A stretch of DNA of 64,000 nt from Giardia intestinalis (lineage: Eukaryota): assembly GCA_000002435.2 (NCBI GenBank), contig CM018790.1; one strand, given 5' to 3'. The position numbers were made by a program, and so were the translations under genes. Numbering within the stretch: position 1 is the first letter of the stretch; the number at the start of each line of letters is the position of its first letter. Shown in pieces: positions 58,810-64,000 of the stretch. The notes beneath the pieces are model-generated. The model ran no database searches and was not told where the DNA came from. It was given only the letters and a program-made list of their open reading frames with translations.

Positions 58810-60273
58810 ATGGACATTAAACAGGATATGAAGGACTCGGCGATCCCGCAGGGAGGCGAGTCCAAGGGGGAACCCAAGACAGAGCCCAAAAAGGGGTGCA
58901 ACTGTACTCTTCTCTACGTGATGTTTCTGATGTTTGGCGTTGGATCGTTGTTGCCATTCAACTGTTACATCACACCTTATGAGTACATGATACGATTCTA
59001 CCCTAAACCCGTTCTCTCGTTCTTCTCTCTGGCCTATAACGTCGGCAATTGGGGCATGATGTTCATCTATCTCAAGATTGGAAAGAAGATACCGGCCCGC
59101 ATGAGCAATATCATAGTGTTCATCATTTGGATAGTCTGCCTTACCGTTGTCCCCTGCCTTGCGTTTCTTGACATAGCCACTATTGCTCGATTCGTTATTG
59201 CTATTATTTTAGTCTTCATCTCAGGTGTTTTGAACGGTATCTGTTTTCCGAAAATCGTCTCTGTCGGTTCACGAATAAGCTTTGATCTAGTCCAGGCCAT
59301 GATGTCTGGGAATGGAGTGGCAGGGATTATTACGGCAGCTCTATATGCTATTACCAAGGGGATTGCTATCGCGAGCAACAATGGTAAGTTTACGGACAAC
59401 CAGCTTAAGTTCGGAACGCTATCGTACTTTATCTTGTCCGATGTGATCCTCCTGATATGCATTTTTTGCTGGATCAAAGTCATGAAGGACTACCCTCACC
59501 TCAACTACGACGAGACCCCTGCAGAGCAGGTGGAGATGGAACCCTCGATCATTAACGGCAGCTCTGCGCAACCCGACAGTGCCCCCAGTAATGCCATGCC
59601 GCAGGGGTCCGCCTCCCTCGGGAACGAGACCATTGATCAGTCTGTCCTGCCAGTAGGCAACTTGCTTAACCCCAAGACGGGGCAGAAGTATACCTTCATG
59701 CAGCTGGTGCGCGTCCTCCTGGTTCCAGGCCTCGGTGTTTTCTTTGTATTCTTCATTACTCTAGCTTTCTTCCCCTCCATCACAGGAAAGATACCATATG
59801 TTACTGGAGTTAATAATAACCTTGACGACAAAGGCTGGTGGTCTGTCGGTATGACGAGTCTCTTCATGATCTTCGACTACGTGGGCCGATCGCTTCCTCA
59901 AATCGAAGTTCTGACACGGATTCGTACGACCCCTCTTCTCATTTTCTCTTTGCTGCGGATCGTCTTTGGAGTTCTTTTTCTTCTAATGGGCATTCCTGTC
60001 CCTACTCTGAGTAACAATAGCATCTCTAGGATCAATGCACCCATTCAAAATGATTACGTCTCAACCATCACTATGATACTCTTTGCTCTCACGAATGGAT
60101 ACGTTAGCACTGTGATCATGATCCGCTATGGCGACCACGTGCCTCACCCGTCCTACATGGCTGCCTCTGGTGACATAATGTCCTTCTGGCTCAACACGGG
60201 TCTTATTGCTGGAGGCTTGGTATCGCTCTTTATTGATCTAGGGATGGATCCCACGGCTTTGAATGTGAGTTAA
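58810..60273 (+). CDS. Equilibrative nucleoside transporter (ENT/SLC29 family), ~11 TM segments.
   Basis: ENT N-terminal signature LMFGVGSLLPFNCYITPYEY (compare LLG.G.LLPWN.FIT), large cytoplasmic loop between TM6 and TM7, hydrophobicity pattern consistent with 11 TM segments. Confidence 0.7.
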   Translation: MDIKQDMKDSAIPQGGESKGEPKTEPKKGCNCTLLYVMFLMFGVGSLLPFNCYITPYEYMIRFYPKPVLSFFSLAYNVGNWGMMFIYLKIGKKIPARMSNIIVFIIWIVCLTVVPCLAFLDIATIARFVIAIILVFISGVLNGICFPKIVSVGSRISFDLVQAMMSGNGVAGIITAALYAITKGIAIASNNGKFTDNQLKFGTLSYFILSDVILLICIFCWIKVMKDYPHLNYDETPAEQVEMEPSIINGSSAQPDSAPSNAMPQGSASLGNETIDQSVLPVGNLLNPKTGQKYTFMQLVRVLLVPGLGVFFVFFITLAFFPSITGKIPYVTGVNNNLDDKGWWSVGMTSLFMIFDYVGRSLPQIEVLTRIRTTPLLIFSLLRIVFGVLFLLMGIPVPTLSNNSISRINAPIQNDYVSTITMILFALTNGYVSTVIMIRYGDHVPHPSYMAASGDIMSFWLNTGLIAGGLVSLFIDLGMDPTALNVS

Positions 60274-60405
60274 TTGAATTGAGTGAACATCTTGTTGTTT
60301 GGTCGAGCCTGCTCGGCTTATATTTTATTATTCTGTGGCATTCCCTGTTAACTTCCCTGCGGATTTCCCTGTTAGTTGGAGATCCAAATTTCAATCTAAA
60401 AATCC

Positions 60406-61056
60406 ATGAGGATCTTGGTTGACATGGATGACACTCTTTGCGACTGGATGGGCGCCTCTACAGCTCGCATAACAGAACTGGGGTATCCCGTTAGTAGGGA
60501 CCCGCATGCATACCCCGTTTCAATAGTCTTGTCGGAGGATTATGGGCTTCGCGCCACAACTCTTTTATACCGCGCAATGCGAGAACCAGGATTCTTCATA
60601 AATCTGCAGCCACATAAAGAGGCTGTGGAAATGGTACGTTGTTTGGATTCGCTTGGCTTTGACGTGTGCATTTGCACGATGCCCCTCCCCTATGACAAGG
60701 AGGACTGGTGCAAGGAGGAAAAGCGGGCATGGGTGGCTAACCACCTGGGCTATAAGTTTGTCGATAAGATGATCTTTTCGTCGCGGAAGTACGAGGTTGC
60801 GGGGCTCTATTTGATTGATGACTCGCCTGTGACAGTGCATTATGCTGAAACGCACAATCCTCAATGGAAGCCTGTCCTTGTCAACCACTTCTATAACAAG
60901 GATCTCTTTTGCGAGCGGCGCGTTTCTCTAGAGACCATGCAGAGGGATGTGCTTGAAATACTGAATAGAGACGGTATTCTGCCGTCAGATTCCGCTACTC
61001 TTACCCCATCAATCAGCGAATTGCAGTTCACTCTTGCGCAAGAGACAATTGCTTAA
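60406..61056 (+). CDS. 5'(3')-deoxyribonucleotidase (HAD-superfamily, NT5C-like).
   Basis: N-terminal HAD motif I ILVDMDDTLCDW (compare VLVDMDGVLADF of NT5C), conserved mid-region LPY..., C-terminal Asp motif YLIDDSP. Confidence 0.7.
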   Translation: MRILVDMDDTLCDWMGASTARITELGYPVSRDPHAYPVSIVLSEDYGLRATTLLYRAMREPGFFINLQPHKEAVEMVRCLDSLGFDVCICTMPLPYDKEDWCKEEKRAWVANHLGYKFVDKMIFSSRKYEVAGLYLIDDSPVTVHYAETHNPQWKPVLVNHFYNKDLFCERRVSLETMQRDVLEILNRDGILPSDSATLTPSISELQFTLAQETIA

Positions 61057-61090
61057 AACTGTCTATTAAAAAGATTGATAATCTAAACTT

Positions 61091-62668
61091 ATGGACATTG
61101 AAGATCAGGTTGCACCTGCGCTTGCACACGCTCAATCCACTTCCCCTCTGCTCACGAATGTGCGGGTTATGATGGTAACCATGGGATGCGGCCACAACGC
61201 TGCTGAAAGTGATATAATTGCAAGTGCTTTGCAGACAGCGGGGGCCGTCATCACCCACAGCAACGGGAAGTACATAACACCAGAGAGCGCCAGAGATGTG
61301 GACGTCCTGTACATCAACTCGTGCACCGTGAAGAATCCGTCCGAGGACAAAGCCTTTGTCCATGTTCAGAAGGGATTGGAGGTTGGTACGGTCGTCGTGC
61401 TTGGCGGCTGTGTTCCCCAGTCTTACGGAACCGTGAATGATGAGCTCCGAAAAGCGTCTGCCGCGAAGCAGCTCATCATTTCAGGGGTGCTTACTCAGCA
61501 ATGGCTAGCAGCGCTTCCAAGGCTTCTTCGCGAGGCCATCGATCTTCATATTCTAAACAATTCTCACTTACTGCAACCTGCTTTACGAATGACGCAGCCA
61601 TCGGACAAGGCAGGAGTTCCTGCTGCTATCTCATACGTCACCAAGGAAGCTACAAAAGACGTCGAAGTAGAGTATCTGAAGTGCACTCCAGTCCACCGTG
61701 CTAATCCTATCATTGACATTATTTCGACTGGCAGTGGATGCATGGGATCTTGCACATACTGCAAAACGTGCCACAGCCGTGGAAGACTGCGCTCAGTACC
61801 TCTAGATACCTTACTGGCGCGTATACGTAGTAGCCTGGCTGACCCTATTATCCGTGAGCTTTGGCTGACGGGAGAGGACACGCTTGCATGGGGCCGTGAA
61901 AGTGACGCAACTTTCGCTGTACTCTTGCAGGAAGTCCAGAAACTTTTCGAAACAGAGAACCCGACACATAAGATGCTGAAGATAGGGATGACAGATCCTG
62001 ACTCTGTTATCAACCAGGAGGACTCTCTGATATCCTTTATGCGCTGTAAGTATGTGTACAAGTTTCTCCACTTACCTGTGCAGTCAGGGTCAGATCGGAT
62101 TCTAACCCTGATGCGACGCCATTACGACATAGAAACCTTCTTGAGGTCTTGCTCTAAGCTGCAGTCTGCCGTTCCAGATCTTTGCCTAGATACAGATATA
62201 ATATGTGGCTTTCCTGGCGAAACCGATGAAGACCATGCACAATCTCTCAACCTTTTCCGTAACCTCAAAGAGGACGCACCACGTTTTCAGGTCGTCAATA
62301 TTACACAGTACTATGCTCGGAAAAACACGCCTGCCGCATCCATGGAGCAGGTTCCTGCCAGTAAAAAGCGGGAGCGTACCAGAGAGATGTCTGAGGTCGT
62401 TAAAAATTCATTTCGGAGGGATCAATATCACGGTCAAGTTCATGATATCATGGTGCTAGAAAGGCTGCAGACGGAGAACCATGGGCGACAATATGGAGGC
62501 AAAACGTATAATAACCTCACAGTGGCCATAGAGGCGGTCGATCAGGAGGTGCCTATTAAGTTGGGCTCGTACGTACGCGTTCGCATAACAGGCTCTACGA
62601 GAGTGGCCCTGATAGGATCGGTAATGACTTACCATAGCTCGCCCGTAATAGTGCGGCGAGTGGAGTGA
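61091..62668 (+). CDS. Radical-SAM methylthiotransferase (MiaB/CDKAL1-like tRNA methylthiotransferase) with N-terminal MTTase domain and C-terminal TRAM-like domain.
   Basis: MTTase N-domain Cys pattern (VMMVTMGCGHNAAESD ... DVLYINSCTV ... VLGGCVPQ), radical-SAM CxxxCxxC (GCMGSCTYC), C-terminal barrel GSYVRVRITGSTRVALIG. Confidence 0.8.
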   Translation: MDIEDQVAPALAHAQSTSPLLTNVRVMMVTMGCGHNAAESDIIASALQTAGAVITHSNGKYITPESARDVDVLYINSCTVKNPSEDKAFVHVQKGLEVGTVVVLGGCVPQSYGTVNDELRKASAAKQLIISGVLTQQWLAALPRLLREAIDLHILNNSHLLQPALRMTQPSDKAGVPAAISYVTKEATKDVEVEYLKCTPVHRANPIIDIISTGSGCMGSCTYCKTCHSRGRLRSVPLDTLLARIRSSLADPIIRELWLTGEDTLAWGRESDATFAVLLQEVQKLFETENPTHKMLKIGMTDPDSVINQEDSLISFMRCKYVYKFLHLPVQSGSDRILTLMRRHYDIETFLRSCSKLQSAVPDLCLDTDIICGFPGETDEDHAQSLNLFRNLKEDAPRFQVVNITQYYARKNTPAASMEQVPASKKRERTREMSEVVKNSFRRDQYHGQVHDIMVLERLQTENHGRQYGGKTYNNLTVAIEAVDQEVPIKLGSYVRVRITGSTRVALIGSVMTYHSSPVIVRRVE

Positions 62669-62718
62669 ATGTATACAAGCGCTGTAGTGCAACCTGTTTT
62701 AAGATTGAAAAAGCCTTT

Positions 62719-64000
62719 ATGCATGACGCCTGGGCCCGCCTCTACAGCGATATACACGAGGTCTCTCAGAAGAGGTGGTGGACCAGCTACTATGCATACC
62801 GAGCAGATTCTACCAGAAAAGTAGTCTTGAAGAGGATCGACCTCTCGAATCTCAAGACCAGAGAGTCAAATACTCTGGTCTGGGCATACTCACAATTGAG
62901 GGATCTCTCTAATATCTATGTAGTCAGATGTTCTGTGGTGCACTATGCGCCAGGGGACAGTCTTCTTCTCGAGTCTCCTTTTGAAGAGGGATGCAATCTC
63001 ATAGATTACGTTAAGCGCAGTTGTGCGTCCTGTGAACCAGTCTCTGAGGAGGCCCTTTGGCCTATACTTTCTCAAATATCCATGGGACTCGCATACTTGC
63101 ATACTCCTGCAGGCAAAGGGGTCATTCTACACCGGAATCTAACGCCGGCGAACGTCCTCGTGGTAGCAAACGGTGCTATAAAGCTTTCGGACATCCGGCT
63201 TGGCCCGCTATTTGACGATGATGAGCCCACGGCATTTCGAGCGCCAGAGCTGCGATCGTCCGGTAGCTTTAGTGCAAAGACCGATATCTACTCTATGGGT
63301 CGTATTATAGCTGAGCTTTGCATAGCGGGTCCCTTATCTGCCGAGACAATAACACGTTCTGCACTGGAATCACACGGCTACACCAGTGTATTTGCAACCT
63401 TACTCCATGCATGCCTAGACCCAGACCCAAGCAAACGGCCTACGGCGTGGGACATAGCGGAGCAAAGCACTCTTATTAGAGAGTTGCGAGCCAGAATGAT
63501 CTACGCTCACATGACAGCCAGTAACTCAGAGGAAAAGCAGATAGCGCCGCCTTCCACCTTTGTTGATAGTAAAACATCACTCATGTTAGCAGCAGAACGC
63601 GGGTCATTGGTTGGCGTACAGACTCTCTTGTATGAAGCTGGAGCGGTTTGGTCAGGTCCTCGAGAACTGCCCGGAACAGAAATAATCACTGCTACAGCGG
63701 CAACTCTAAGCCTCGTAAACGGCCACAAGGAGTGCTTTAAGGTACTGGCCAAGCTAGAGGTTGGCCTTGCTGGTGTCACGCCCCTAATGCTCTATGCAAC
63801 TGGGACAGTTAATTTGCCGTCTGATCCCACCACTTTAGAAACTACCGTCACTGCCCACTGCAGTGCTGCATGCATGGGGATCACTGCTCTGATGGTTGCT
63901 TCCATGTGCAATACTCCTGTCCTGTTTCCGTTGCTCCGTGAGGAGCTTCTGTTACTTGATAGCCACGGGCGATCTGCGTTAGTATACTTGCGTGACGTTG
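62719..64000 (+). CDS. NEK-like pseudokinase with ankyrin repeats, 3'-partial (runs off window end). Absent from the supplied ORF track because it has no in-window stop.
   Basis: ATG at 62719 followed by 427 open codons. HRNLTPANVLV (HRD to HRN), RAPEL, DIYSMGRIIAEL; no Gly-loop. Ankyrin-type units near the end (KTSLMLAAERGSLVGVQTLL, GITALMVASMCNTPVLFPLL). Confidence 0.6.
   Translation, partial: MHDAWARLYSDIHEVSQKRWWTSYYAYRADSTRKVVLKRIDLSNLKTRESNTLVWAYSQLRDLSNIYVVRCSVVHYAPGDSLLLESPFEEGCNLIDYVKRSCASCEPVSEEALWPILSQISMGLAYLHTPAGKGVILHRNLTPANVLVVANGAIKLSDIRLGPLFDDDEPTAFRAPELRSSGSFSAKTDIYSMGRIIAELCIAGPLSAETITRSALESHGYTSVFATLLHACLDPDPSKRPTAWDIAEQSTLIRELRARMIYAHMTASNSEEKQIAPPSTFVDSKTSLMLAAERGSLVGVQTLLYEAGAVWSGPRELPGTEIITATAATLSLVNGHKECFKVLAKLEVGLAGVTPLMLYATGTVNLPSDPTTLETTVTAHCSAACMGITALMVASMCNTPVLFPLLREELLLLDSHGRSALVYLRDV

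Overview
This window reads as compact, gene-dense protist DNA, most likely Giardia intestinalis (inference from sequence only). The evidence: variant-specific surface proteins (VSPs) with CXXC motifs, a C-terminal transmembrane segment and the invariant CRGKA tail; an AGTAAAC (AGTPuAAPy) poly(A) signal 20 nt after the VSP stop; many NEK-like kinase/pseudokinase genes fused to ankyrin repeats ('protein 21.1' type); intergenic spacers of 0-130 bp, some with overlapping convergent stop codons; no sign of introns. About 29 coding regions were called. The most notable structure is a near-perfect inverted repeat of ~4,068 bp (arms 4103-8170 and 11644-15711, mirror rule x <-> 19814-x, at least one SNP) flanking two head-to-head VSP genes. 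The right VSP (9211-12510) is intact and carries ~10.2 identical 225-bp (75-aa) in-frame tandem repeats. The left VSP (7304-8892, minus) is a frameshifted chimera joined out of frame exactly at the repeat boundary and lacks a signal peptide. Each arm holds the last ~880 bp of VSP coding sequence plus ~3.2 kb of very GC-rich ORF-poor DNA. The outer edge of the right arm abuts a truncated, frameshifted ABC-transporter nucleotide-binding-domain remnant. Other genes include an MCM helicase, Ulp1/SENP SUMO protease, inositol 5-phosphatase, ZPR1 zinc-finger protein, SEP/UBX p47-like protein, a 76-aa ubiquitin/NEDD8-like modifier ending in LRGG, an ENT nucleoside transporter next to a 5'(3')-deoxyribonucleotidase, a radical-SAM methylthiotransferase, a 1690-aa high-cysteine membrane protein, and several hypothetical proteins. 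All calls rest on motif recognition by eye; no database searches were run.
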